From Klebsormidium nitens (Eukaryota > Plantae > Klebsormidiophyceae): DNA of 64,000 bases. The DNA is taken from the NCBI GenBank assembly GCA_000708835.1, contig DF236973.1:1-64000 (forward strand), given 5' to 3'. Below, piece by piece: positions 1 to 13,700 of this stretch; position 1 is the first letter of the stretch; every line of letters starts with the position of its first letter. The notes beneath the pieces were generated by a model. The model worked only from the letters and a program-made list of their open reading frames with translations, was not told the origin of the DNA and ran no database searches. The position numbers and the translations under genes were made by a program.

Positions 1-1712
1 GGACGGGACCCCCCAGTACACTGTTGCCTGTGTTGTTGCCCCAGGCAGCAGGCCTACGAGGCGCCAACCGGGCAACATTCAGCCGTTGTTGCTCTCAGGT
101 CTAAGGGCTACGCTCCTGCCCGGGTCCTCTGGCCGACCGTTCAAGAAAGATTGGGGGTGGAATGCGCAAGGGACCTTGTTGCCATGTGTCAGTCATCCGT
201 ACAGTCGGGCAACATTTGCATTCAATCGAAACCGTTCGTGTAGGCAGGTGACTTGGGAGCAACACAGCGACAACGGGGCCCTTTGCTTTCACTCTATGGG
301 CAGTCGAGAGGGAGTCTACGGGTGTAGGCTTTCGTTATCTTGTTGCCTTTTTCCCTGGCAAAAGGGCAAAAAGGGCAACAATAGAAACGGGGCCTAGAAT
401 GTAACAGACTGGCGCAGACTGCAATTAAATAAGCAACATTGCAACCCCTGGAAGCAACGGACAGGCCCCGTTTCCAACAAAGGCAACACGCCGAACGCGG
501 CGCGCGGGCGCGCTGCAACAGAAGCTATGAGCAACAGACAATATCATATCGCAACAGGGCTATACGTATATGCTTAGGCGTGTTGCTCTTATGATTCTTC
601 CAAACCTACCGGTCATCATGCCCAAGGCAACAAAGCAACAAGGCCTTTCGGAGCCTGGGCCCGCCTGACTTGCGGAGTGGGTTCGGTGGCATGCTCGGGA
701 AGGCCTTGGAACAGCAGAGGTGGGCAGTTCGCTGGTCGGAAACCTCGAAGCCGTCATCGACATTTCCAACCGCCATCGACCGGCGCGCCGGACCGTCAAT
801 TATTCTGACCGGCGCCGTCCGATCGCACGAGTCTCGCCGATCGAACGGTAGATTAGAATTTTGCGATTATCGATGAAATTCAAGCACGGCGATCTTGACG
901 GGTTTTACCCCGCTGTTAAAGGGTTAACCTATCTAGGGACATCCAGATTCCATGGTATCTCCGGGTCAAAAAAACCGAGCTAAAAAGAGCTTTGGAAGTT
1001 TGAAACGCCTTTTCAAAAAGGTGCAAAAGGGTATTTTCTAAGCTTTTCTTTGTTTTAATCGTTAGTGGTTTGTCTGCACCATACAAGCAATCTATGTATA
1101 TTACAAATAGAGAATGGTTCATAAGGGCTCGGGGCTCCTTTTTGCTTAAAATAGATATGACGTTTTCAGTTTGCCTTCCTTGCAAACGGCCATTGCTCTG
1201 CAATGGCCAGGCCGGCAACAAACTACTCAATCCACTCCTAGGAAGCAATCTGCCGAAAGAACCTTGTATGTTCACCCACCACACATGTGCGACGCATGGT
1301 ATATTCGGTTGCAACTAAACACCATCCTCTCCCTAACATATCACCAGTATTTGTAGTATGAGTATATATGATAGCTGCCAGCCGGCCGCCCTGTCAATGT
1401 CAAAATTAGGCTGCCTACGCATATTGCGCTGTGCGCTGAATCGTCGTCGGCACGGCCAATCCACTGCAAATGTGTCCCGCAATCAAGGTAGGTAAATAGA
1501 TTAGCACCATGCGTGATGTACTCTGGTTCCAACTTGGACGCGCGGGCCGTAGTCACGTGGACTATAGGCTTCCCCTGGCAGACCGTGCTAGGAAACTGCT
1601 ACACTTGTCCCGGGGATTATGCAGACTAGCAGATTGTCGAAACTCGGAATTTGCAATCAACTCGCGAGCGGCGATCTCGGAAGGAATGGAGTCCACGATC
1701 AAAAGGAGGGGT

Positions 1713-4700
1713 TCAGAATGAAGCCGTTCCTGTAACGTACAAGCTCGCAGCAAACACTATGTCCCGCTTGATAGCGGCTGACGCAGCCTCCATCTTCTGA
1801 TACAAGCTCGAATTTCCAATCAAGCGCGCCGCGTTCTTGGTCTCCCTACACGTCTCGTCTAGCCTGACAATACACCGCACGATCGATCCTTCGGGAACGT
1901 CGGTCAGGGCGCAAATGTCGGAAAAGGGCGTCCCCTGCGAAAATCCACTTCCCATCACTCAGAACGGTCTCAATATCTTGTGGACATGAATGAAGCTTCA
2001 ATACTGGAACAGTGTAAAGCAGACAGCCCAGTTGATATTCGTAAGTTGCCACTAACTCTCAAACCCAAAAGCCTTCCTCGGCCGGTACTTCAGCCAGTTT
2101 CGACAAAGATCTTGCGTATCCAGCCAACTTTTGAGTGGTTCGTTGGCAATCCGACGGCCAGATACTCGGCTCGCTACTGAGCGAGAGAGACATCAAGAAC
2201 CAAACAACGTCACAGACAGCTCGCTCGGAGCTTGCTTCAAGAAGCGTCCGCAGAAACCGTCGTTTCGGACGCCTCACCTGCGCCCACTCGTACACGACCT
2301 CCATGAGCCCGAAATTGAGCGCTCCCTTGAGGTAATCGTCCGGCACGATGGGCAGCCCGTGGTCCGCCTGGATTTTGCCCAAGTGCAGCGCCGTCGCCGC
2401 CAGCCTGCAGCCAGCCGCAAAACGGATGGTCGGACAGGCACGTGGCAGGAATGTGCAAGCAAAATAACTGAAATTCTTCCGGTAGGAAGAAAATCTGCTC
2501 GGGTTGGGCAGACTAGGCGGCATCTCGCAGGATTCTGTAGGTAGCGTTCTTTGAAGCAACTGGCCGATCTCTCGGACACTTGATAGACGAGAGAAAGTGT
2601 GGTTCAAAGTCCGGTCGGATAGAGCCGAGGGTTTGAAGATTCGACACGGTGACTTTCAAAAAAACCAAGAACCCAACTGCCCACTCAGAAAGGAGTAGAG
2701 ACCAGATCTTCCGCGTTTTTCCGATTTGATGACATAGAAACCCAACCTAAGGAGTTTTTGGTTCTTTACCAAGGCTAGCTAGTCCTGGTTGGTAGCTGTC
2801 AGAGCAGGCTGCTCGGAATCTGCATAAACTCTGCAAACGACACCTGTAAGAACAACGCGCGCACCTGTCGCGCGCGGCCGCAAGCGTGGCCGTCAGCTCC
2901 GGTTCGCTTGCGCTTTTGTCCTGGAACACGAAGGCGCTCAAAAGGGCGACCGCCTCGGCGGGTTCCAAGTCGTCCAGCTGATTGTCCAGGATCATCTCCG
3001 CCGCTATTAACTCGTCCCCACTGTTGACCTCGCACGCTACTCGGCCTTTTATCTGCACCACGCGCTCGGCGTCGAGGTAGCCCAGCTGCTGCAGGACCGC
3101 CACCTGGCGAACAGGAACCGAAGAGGAGTTCTGAGGAGGGGCGAGCGGGTTCAGAAAAGTTCCGAAGGTTTACCCAAATTCAGACTGGATGTCCGAGCTG
3201 CTGAATAAATCACTCTCCGCACGCAGCAATGGTAGTTGAGTGGATCCCGGCATTTCACTAAGACCATGTGCTCCAACGGCCGCCTCTCGGACGCCAAACC
3301 GGTACCGGAAGGTACCGCTTCTCCGCCTTGGGCTTCGAAGAGCTTGAGGTCCTGAGGCCTTACTGCTTGACCACATAAATACAGAACGCTCATGACCATG
3401 TTAATCCAAAGCTTGACCCCATGCTAACGGGACCGTGAACCCGTCTACTTCGCGGATCACCGGCTGCTCGAAGTCGCACATCTGCTGCATCTTCGCTCAG
3501 ACGCAACGACGTTTCCGCCCCTCCAGAACTACTCAAAGACAACCCTCAAGCCAACCAACTCTGAAAGCGCTCACCCGGTGCCCGGTTGGCTGTTGAAGTC
3601 CTTACAAAGCATGGCTGGGACGCTGCCCCGAGCGCCTTCGGAGAGGGAGTCCAAGAAAAACACTCATGAATAGAAACTTTTAGGGTTCGGCGCTCACCCG
3701 CTGTTCAAAGTCTGGCATTTGCTGCAGGTTGTCGTCGCTGAGCTCGTGCTTGAGGTGGCGCACCCGCTCGCGCAGCAGCGCGTGCTGCCGGTACTCCCGG
3801 TAGTGACGTGGCACCACGGGACACGTGGCGCACGGATTGCCCGCCAGCGCGGCCAGGAGCGCCCCGCGCTGCGCGTACAGCTCCGCCGCGTCGAGGCTCG
3901 CCATCTTGAGTTCTGTGCACGGGAAATCGCATCGCCACGTCAGCATGTTAATCCAGATGCGACCGGGAGCTGCAGGCCTCATTGTTCTGACTGTATTGAT
4001 GGTGTCAACTAGACTGGCAGTTCGAACGTGAGGCGACGTCAGAGCGAACCAAAGAAAAAGCAAGAGCGGCAGACCGTAGACTCTTCCTCGAATCGATGAG
4101 CGATTTAGCGCGTCAATTGCCGATGTCTGAGACTCCAGTACCCCAGGTTTGATGGACTTCCGCAGGGGTTAAGGTGGTCCGACATTTGTAAAAAGACGGG
4201 TCAAAGCTCTGCAAAGGTTGTAACCGAAACCCGCACACAAGCAAGAAGAGAGCAGGTTTTTCAATATCAAACGGGACCTCGTCCTGAGTGCTGCCTTCGT
4301 GTCAAACACGACAAGAGGTCACAGATAACCGGAGCGTGCTTACCCCGGGGCTCCACTTCTGGGAGCGGCTCTCCTGCCAGCTCTGCCTCCGCCAGCTGCA
4401 GCCGCTGCACTGCTGCGCCGACCGCCCCCGCCTCCGGCCCCGCTTCGCTCTCCAAGATGCGTCCCACTTCCACACGCACCTTTTCGGTAAAAGCAACGAG
4501 AGAAGGAAGCTTTTATCAGGTCGACTACACATCGCTCTGCACCCTTTAGGACACTAAGGAAAGAGGACTTCCTCTTCTTCGCATATAACACATTAGGGGC
4601 ACGTAAGTTCTGTTTCGCAAGGTCACGACTTTGTGTCCTCGTAACTTTACATTAACACTATGAAACTCCGGTGCTTGATCAGAACCAATCAAAGAGTGCA

Positions 4701-7700
4701 GAAGCACGCAGCACTACTTTCGCTAGTACTGGTCGCCAAAAACGCCAACCCGGGGCACAGTGTTTCCGCTCACCTTGTCCCGCCCGATCGCCACGATATC
4801 CGATGCCCGCACTTCCGCAACGAAGTAACCGGTCCCCGAATTCTCGCCATGGTACGGCAGTGGCAGTTTCACAACCCCGGGGGCGTCGGCACTGCGCGCC
4901 CCGAGCTTGCCACGTGTCACGCCGTAGTCGAGTCCGCCTAGGTTGTCCCGCGCGCGTTTCCCGACCAGCATTCCTGCCCCGGGGTCCGCTTCTCGTGGCC
5001 GGGGGGTCGGTGACGGGGCAACCGAGGGGGGGGTTTGGGAAGAAGGGGGCAGCGGGCCGCGGTGCAAACCTAGCACTAAGTAAGATGGCAACGAGGGGGT
5101 GGCGCCTGAAGAGGGGGGGCGCGACGGGGCTTCCCTAAGTACCATTCCCAAGGTTGGAGGATGGTCCTGCGAAATATTGAGAAGAAGTTTGCGTCAAAGT
5201 CACTTAAAAGCCGGAGAAGTGATGGAGGCGGAAAGTAGAAATTCGAGTACGTTCTTGAGTGCTAAGAATGGATGGTGACTCAATGGCTTGTCACGGTGGA
5301 CTGGCTATCCGGGCCTCCACACGCGAAGCAAACCTTTATCGCGATGTATAAAAGAACGTCCAACCTGCTTTGATTCCCGCTCTAGATGCGAGATACACAG
5401 AAAGGAAGCGATAGACCCATTCTATGCCCCGCACAAGGTGACGTGTCCTCACCGGCGTTTTGACCATGATGAGTCTGCCTGACGTCATCAGTGCCTGTCC
5501 TCCCCGCGAGCCCAGCACGGCGTCCGTCAGCTCGGCTGTCAAGTCCTCCACCTGGCGCGCGTACTCGTAGTACGCCGCAATGGTCGGGTCGCCCAAAATA
5601 CACCTGCATCAGTACTTACTTTAGGCGACCAAAAGGAGAGGTTTGCGAGAGCTGGTCCGAAGGAGGGGCTGGAGCGGTTGAGGCACGGTCAAGGGCCAAC
5701 TGGTTCACGTCCATACCGCAACGGATTCATTGCCAAGAAAAAGGGCGAAGGATGTTTGGGAATTCCGGAGTTTGACCGACTGCAAGTAGTCTCTAAGCGA
5801 CCACAGTTGGTGATTCATACCCCACCAGCTTCTAGGAAGCAAGTTGCTGTCAAAAACCGAAGCTCCCACGACCGCGGGTAAGACCGTCACCCCAGGATCG
5901 ACCTCGTCCGAATCTGCAGTAGACGGCTCGACGAGCCTGAGAGAAGATTTCTTTCTGGCGCTCTACGGTAAAGGAGGGGGCCTGTGCTCAACCTGGAGGA
6001 CGTATTAAGCTCATAAAAAATATGCAGTGGGCGCCACCCACGTGGCAGCGCACTTACTCGATGTTGAGCTGATTGGCCGCGAGCGACGCCTCGTGCTGGC
6101 GCAGCTGCTGCTGCGTCTGGGGCAGCGCGCGCTGTGCGTGGAACTCGGCGAAGCTGCGCTTCAGCATGTCTTCCACCTAGCACAGAAACCAGCCAAAGGA
6201 TGAAGTGTTGCAGGCAGCAGCTCACGCCTTCTGTAGGTCACACAAGGGCTTTCTGTAGCGTCCACAACTGCCTTCTGTAGCTTACACGAAGACAACGGAG
6301 TTGTTTGCACCCGTTTGCACCCATGTTTCTATCGAATTCACATCAAAATGAACAAAAGAAGCTTTTCACTCCGTTTGCAGAATCAACCGCAATGGCCTCG
6401 TTGCCCTATCACGCGCTTCCGATATTCTGAAAGCGCTCCTATGGTGCCGGATAGCTCCCGTTTCGACCCTCCAAATCACCAAGCGACCGTCTCAGAGTCC
6501 TCACCCTTCAAACGACACACGTGATCAACGAGGGATCCCTCACCTTGAGGTCCTCGACTCGCAGCAGGTTGAGGATCATGTTGTACGTCAGCCGGAACTG
6601 GCTCTCCAGCCGCGTCGGCTGCCCCGTCAGCAAAGTGCGCAGCGCCGCCTCTTCGGGGATCTCGTCCCAGCACATGAGAAGTACCGTGCCGACCTGCAGT
6701 GTTCGCCCACCAGTGAGAGTGCGCCACGTGGCAGAGCTAGGGTGCGTGTGTCTTGAAGGGCACCGTGCGGACTCATAATAGCCCACCGACACGACGTTGT
6801 GCGTGCTTTTGACTTCCACGCTAGCGCATCGGGCGCGCCCACCTCCTTGTGCCGCATCGCTTGCCAGCCTAGAACAAGAATGGAGGCCAGCTTCTCAAAT
6901 AATACCTTCTGTCAGTAAAAGACTTCGCTTGGGCTGATGCCCTGCAAGACGTTAAGTCCCCATCAACATATCCAACGTACTCTTTTCGATGATCCAACAA
7001 CTATTGAGGAAGTGATCAAAGGCAAGCCGACCGCCATGTCGCGGCCGCCGTGGCCGGGAATCTTCCCCGGGCGCTTCCTTACCTTGTCGAGGCCGCGCCT
7101 GCCGGCCCGCCCGGCCATCTGCGTGTACTCCCCGGGCAGCAGCGTCCGGAAGTTCTTGCCGTCGTGCTTGCGGACGCTGTGGAACGCAACCTGGGCGAGC
7201 AAAGGAACAGAATAACATGCATGAAAGAGAGCCAGCGAAGGCTGTCAATGTCAGAGCCCTGCGTACAAATCGGAGCTGTCAAGGCATCCCTGCTGCAAAG
7301 TCCGCCCCACAGGAGACGACAGAACAATGAAGGTTGCGAGTCGACCCGCGCTTGCAGCATGCCGTTCTGACGACGGAAAATTGCCGCGTCATTCCGAACC
7401 CCCGAAAGCGCAGATAAGGCGTCGTTTTACTCAAAAACTAGCCGCGTCAAAATTCTGTCGAAAGCAGCCGACACCTCAGAGGTGCCCCAACTTTCCAAGA
7501 CAGACCCTTCACCCACGGATCATCTGACTTAGGGCAAAAGCGACATCTGCTACATGACGCAGCGCTAATTGCCTCACCGTCCGTGCGGGCGCGTTGACGC
7601 CCATGGCGAAGGTCTCGGTGGAGAAGAGCAGCTTGAGCAGGCCGCGGCAGAAGAGCAGCTCCACCACCTCCTTCACGATCGGCAGCAGCCCCGCGTGGTG

Positions 7701-10700
7701 GCACCCGATGCCGCGCTGCAGCAGCTCCTGGATGCGCAGCACCTGCGAATGATGATGCGTTTAAGCAGATGAGTCCTTCTGGCTTTGTTACAGGGGAGTT
7801 CAATGGTCTGTGCACACGTAGTTGTTAATCTTCGTGCGTTGTGCTGTCTGCTGATGCCGCGTTGCAATAGCTCCTGGATGCGCAGCACCTGCAAAAGAGA
7901 CAATATGTTTGTCGGAAAGATAAGTTTGCCGAAGTGGGGTTTTCTCTTCTTACAAGGAGAGAAACGTTTGGGCTTTTCGAACCCTGTTAAGCGCTGACTT
8001 CAATGCATGTTGGTTTCCTGATGCCGTGCTGCAGCGGCTCCTGGATGCGCAGCGTCTGCAAGATGGAAAGATAAGTTCGCCGAAGTAATCCTTCTCCACA
8101 CTTAAGAAGAGAATGTTTCGATTCTGTTGGTTCCACTGCGCGTTGGTTTCAATGTAGGTCATCTTCCTGAAGCCGCGCTGCAGCAGCTCCTGGATGCGCA
8201 GAACCTGCGAAAGGATAGATTGATCTGCAAGGCGAGCTGCCGAGTCGAATTGCCCCATAAGATTCTCAACGTACAAAGAGAACTTCCATTGCGGACAGAA
8301 GGGCTTCCTGGCAGACCGAAGCCCTTTCAAGTCCAAGTATCGACCTTTTCGAAATCATTGAGAGCGCTTCAGAAAATGGAGAGCGAACAAGCTCGGGGCA
8401 CAGAAAATCGGACTTGCGCGCATAACCATAAGAACTTCCCTCAGAGCTCTGCATGAATCGTCCGAACCTAACTCGCCCTTACCTGCGGCAGCTTCCGGTC
8501 CGAGCCTTTGAGCCGCGAGAACGCCTTGTCGCAAAACCGGTGGATCTCGCTCTTCTCCGCGGACGCCGTCAAGTCCAGCGCGGTCAGTCCATCCGCCGAC
8601 GAATCACACCGCGCTTTCGAAAAGCAGAATACGACGAGCGGCAGCAGCGACTTCTTCCGCAGAACTTCCACCATCGTATACCACTGCGACGTCTCCGCTT
8701 TCCACCCCCCTCCGGTCCCCCCGCCTCCGCCCCCCCTCCCATGCCCCCCGCTCGAACTTTGCCCCCCCCCTCGCCGGCCCCCTCCGGCAGCCCCCCCCCT
8801 ACCACGAGCGGCGCCGGCCTGGCCCCCGCGTTGGCCGCCACCGCCCCCCCGGCCGTCTCCTGAACGCATTTTTGTAGGGATTATCAGGTCGAAGGGTTCT
8901 AGTCTAAACAGCCGAGAATCGGAGCCGAGCGAAACAACAGATGTAGATAGAACAGAGAGGCTTCCGAGCCAGAATGCGAGTGTCCCCTTACCCTGTACTT
9001 CGTATACGTTGATGTCAAGTTGTTGCTAACCACCAACCTCCAAATGAAAACCCGTTAAGACGGAACCAACTAGCGCCGAGCTTCCAATGAGCATCACAGC
9101 ATAAGCGAAAAGTACGACTTGGTTCCACCCACCCCCAGGCGGTTTAGGAGCGTTTTTGGCTTTGTGGGCGGCTTGAGCGGTGCGGACCCCCGACGGGAGG
9201 AACGTGTCCTTCTCGCAGATCTTGTGCAGCTCGCCCGCGTAGTACAGGTTGTGCTCCAGGGGCACGGGCCGCTTGAGCGTGCTGCGGAAACAGAGGGCAA
9301 CGGTCAGTTGGGACCATCAAAACGGAAACTGGGTTTGTGGTTTGAAAGGTTAGTGCTTTCCATTGGACGACCAGTCAACCTAAGATGGGTGCTAGTCCAA
9401 ATAGCAGACGGCAGGGTGGCCCGCAACACCGGATCAGGCGAGTGCAAGCGGGGTCCCAAGTTGCTTGAGAGCATCCGTTTGTGGTTTGAAAGGATCGTGC
9501 TTGCATTGAAAGACCAGTGATCCTAAGATGGGTGCTTGCTAGTCCGAAAAGTAGACGGGCGGGGTAGCCCGCGGTAACGAATCAGGCGGGTGCGAGCGAG
9601 GTTCCCCGTTGTTCCGAGAGCATCGGTCTGTTGCTCCGTTACTCTAAGACTCCTGCGGTCGCTTGGAACATGCTAAGAACGCGAAATACATCCCGCAGCG
9701 AGCAAGTTGAGACTTGCAACCTTGCCACAGTGGTTGTCTTCAGACCCGATCTTCGAGCTCTTCGAAAATTCAGCACTACGGTTTGAAGCTAGACTCATCC
9801 TTCAACGGTCAGCACTATGATTGACACTAACGCCCTCGCTCACAACTCAGCACTAGTTGTTTTAATCCAACGCCCTCCTTAGAATTCAGGACTTTCAGCG
9901 AGACGAAGACCAAGGCCGTGCCGCCCACCTGGTGACGTAGATGTGTTTGCGCTTGGTCCTGCCGATCCAGTTGGCGAACTCGAAGGTGTTGGGCACGGTG
10001 GCGGAGAGCAGCACCAGGTTCACGTGCGCGGGCAGCATGATGATTACCTCCTCCCACACCACGCCGCGCTCCACGTCGTTCACGTAGTGCACCTCGTCGA
10101 AAATCACCTGGGAAAAGTTTCTCGTAACCTGTCTTTATCGTCGTAACCTGTTTTTGGTGAAACGGATAAAACGGTGCTGACAGTCTCGGCTTGCAGGTAA
10201 AGGGGGTCTGGGAGTACGACCACATCTACGTCGTTCACGTCGTGCACCTCGTCGTAAATCACCTGCGGGGTAAACAAGCAAGAAACTATTCTGAAGGTTG
10301 GTTTGGAGGTTGTTGAGCAGCTGGGTTTTGAAGCATGCGGGGGGTTTGAAAGTGGTACAGCCATTCTTGCACAGTGCACCTCGTCGACATTCACCTACGG
10401 GGAGGATTGGCACAGTCTCGAAGTTTCAAAGTAGGTTGTTCCGAAGCTGAGTTTATGAGTTCTGAAGAGACAGGATCACCATCTCTGGGGTGTTCACGCC
10501 TTGCACCTAGTTGATGATTATCTGAGAAACCGTCGGCTTACAATAAGTCTCAAGCCTGTATCACTTCACGGAATTCGACGATGACGGGCAAGGTTTTTGC
10601 ATTTCGCTTGCGTATGCAAAACTTGCAAGAGTACGACTACAGTGCTCTCCAAATCGATCAACAAGATATCCACCCGAGAAGTGCCCGTTCGCCCGTCCCA

Positions 10701-13700
10701 ATGCGGTCGGCCTCCTTCCAGAATCCGTCGCCGGGTTGTTGTCGGATAAATTCTGCATCCTCGCGTTAGAAGACCGGTTGTCATGTGCTCTTGACCAATC
10801 TCCGCGGACACTCACCCACTCGACGTCCCGGATGAGGTCAGCTCCCTTGTAGAGCATGGACCGCAGGATCTCGGTGGTCATGATGAGGCACGGCGCCTCG
10901 GGGCGGATGCTGACGTCACCCGTGAGCAGGCCGACGTCAAAGGTGGAGCTGAAGTCGCGGAACTTCTGGTTGCTGATCGTCTTGATGGGGCTCGTGTAGA
11001 TGGCGCGCGTGCAGTGCTGCGGGGAGATCCGAGGGCCGGGATTTGGCCACGTGGCACGCTCACAGAGGTTCGCAAGAAAGCAGGAGAGAAACTTCGTTAA
11101 GACTTGTGCGGACCCGATGAAGCTCAGCCGGTCTGAAGATAACACGCAGAAGCCTAGGTCTAGTTTTGGTTACACCAACCACTACTGAAAGCGCTGCTTC
11201 GAAGAAATCAACTCGGACCCTTTACTGAGATCTGTCCCTGAACCCGTCAACTACACCTTCACGTTTCGGCCTCTGCTTGCAGCTATCATGACGATCCGTA
11301 TCTGCTTCGGAGTGAGGCTGCGACAGTCAAACGTCCGTACTCTTACCTTGGTCGCTAACGCGAATGCATATTCGGCCACCACAGTCTTGCCGGCCGACGT
11401 GTGGGCCGCAACAAAGACGGACTCGTTCCGTTCCAAGTGGACGATAGCCTGCAACGCAAACGAAGGGCGTACTCTTGTTGCTCAAACTGCATCTGACCAG
11501 ATGTCGCTCTGGGAGCTTCTCGCTGAACGAGTCCCTGAGTGGCTTGCCGCGCATGCCACACTTCGAGAGGTAATTTCAGAGCTTGTCGTTCCACAGCCAA
11601 CCCTCGCTTTGGGTTTCCCTTTGCAGCCTCAGTTACCGAAACAAAGCGTCTGAAATTCAATGTCTCGGAGAGAGCAGGCGAGAGTGCAAAGATGCTCTTT
11701 ACGATTGCGCAAGGGGAGTAGGGCGCACGTGAGAAATTGGTGAATCATTCTCGGCTGCGGATGTCGGGCGCTCACCTCTTTCTGGAAGACGTCCAGCTCG
11801 AAGGGGTACGAGTGCGCCATCTCCGGAACCAGCGTCGCAAACTGCTCCTGTAACCGCGGGATGCGGTCCATCACCGCCCACACCTGCAGACACGGTTAAG
11901 CGCGGGTTAATCGAAACTAGTTGGCTAAAAATGGGTTAAGCGGAGCAGCTTGACTACGGAGCAAGTGGACGCAATCCATCGCCGCCCGCACCTGCGGGCA
12001 CGAGTGGCCGCGGGTCAGTCGGAGACGGGTTAGCTGGGGAGCCTGGTTAGCGGAAAACGGGTTCAAGCTTGGTGTTACTCACCAGTTGGCGGAGAAATTA
12101 TCAGGAACGGGTGAGTCGGATCCGCGAAATATGCAAACAATGGCTGCGGCCAGGTGCATTTGGCGCGTGCCAATGCGCAAAACAAGATTCCGGATTGTCT
12201 GCCTAAGGTTGGAGGATTCTGCACCTGACCACTAAGCATTGATCCGATTTGAGGCCCCTTCTATGGCTTTCCTCCCCAATCCGGCCCGATTACATTGCAC
12301 GAAGAAGAGGAGCTCGACTGAGCAGGTAGTACTCTTCCCTGCGACGCCCGCTTCCCTTGCGCCAGGTCCCTGTTCATCTATGCAGGAGCTCTTTCAAACT
12401 GCGAATAGTACGTTTAACAGTTCACCCAAGTCTGTTCCCTTACCATCAAACAGTCCGGTCTGTACACAACGCACATTCTGCTCCTGGAACAAACAATACA
12501 AAAGCTGGAGAATGGGCTCCTACCTCCTCATCCGCTTCTTTGTGCCGTTTGCGATAGTCCGCCCGCACGCCCTTCTTCCCCTTCTCCGTCGGCCACCACT
12601 GGTCCGAGTCCCCGCCCGCCAGCAGAGCCTCCACCGCATCGGCGGCCTCCACTGGGGGGCCATCGGCAGGAGCAGCTGTGGAAACGACAGCCCGGGGTTA
12701 TCTACCGGACGCTAAACGTCGAAACTAAGGTTGCGTGTCGACCGAAAACCTACTTGGCCTCCAGTGTTGCCTTTGTAGCACCGACAGGTAGGAGGTACGG
12801 GTCTTTTCAAGCCAATTACCGGTATGTACCTTGAGTTAGCACGTGGATATGAAAAGCCATCCAATTGGCTAAGAAAGCTTTTTGAAGCTTTCGGTCGACA
12901 CGCACCCTAACTCCAGATTGGTTAGGAACTCATAGAGCGATGTTTGCATCGGCGGAGTATCGGCAAAGGCGAATGAGGGAATAGCACCCGGGGGTTATCT
13001 ACCGGACATTCAACCTCTAAAAAAGGTTGCCAAACTGGACAGACCCTCTTACAGCCCTGTATACGAAACTTGAATGAGGAGCAGGTTAAGAGGCAGGCTG
13101 CGATTCCAACCGGTCAAGGTATGTCCGCCTCCCCACTTGCCTCAGAGAACTCTCCGATCTGTGATCGAACAGGAAAGGGGAAGCACTGGTGTGAGCACCT
13201 CTTGTCAAAGGCTAAGGAAACGACAAATCACCGCTGCAATATCAAGTGCCGTAAAAACGCAAACGCTCCGCTTACGTTGCTCCTGCGCCGGCACGGTCTT
13301 TGGCGAGCGCTGGCCCTCCTCGGACTCTTCCTCGCTGGCGGCCTCCTCTTCTAGTTCTTCCATCCCGGAGAACAGGTCGTCATAGCTCAGCATCTGCGTC
13401 TGGAATACGCAGCACGAAAATTGTCAGCGACAGATCACTGAAGGAGAGGCAGTGCCATCTCGTTTCGGTGCCCTCCTACAGCGTTCAAAGTGGAGCAGGT
13501 TTCATCCAGTCTCCCTGGCAGCTCTTCAAAGTAGCGTTCTTTCCGTTCCCTCCGAATGTGCATGGTGTTGTGACTTGGCGTTCCCAGTTCGATGCAGTTC
13601 AATATTGATCCAAGCACCACTTTGAGGTATAACTTATGCGGCTTACCCTCACAATACAGTGCGAGAGAAATACACATAGTTGATGCAACCCGCGACTCTC

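Noticed and set aside
7708-8210. Regularly spaced ~38-nt direct repeats resembling a CRISPR array
   Set aside because: The repeats are copies of a helicase exon start in a eukaryotic intron. The spacers are ~110-130 nt and partly homologous to each other, and there are no cas genes.
8508-9029. 173-aa Pro-rich plus-strand ORF (extensin-like)
   Set aside because: It is the antisense shadow of the Gly/RGG-rich SKI2 exon.
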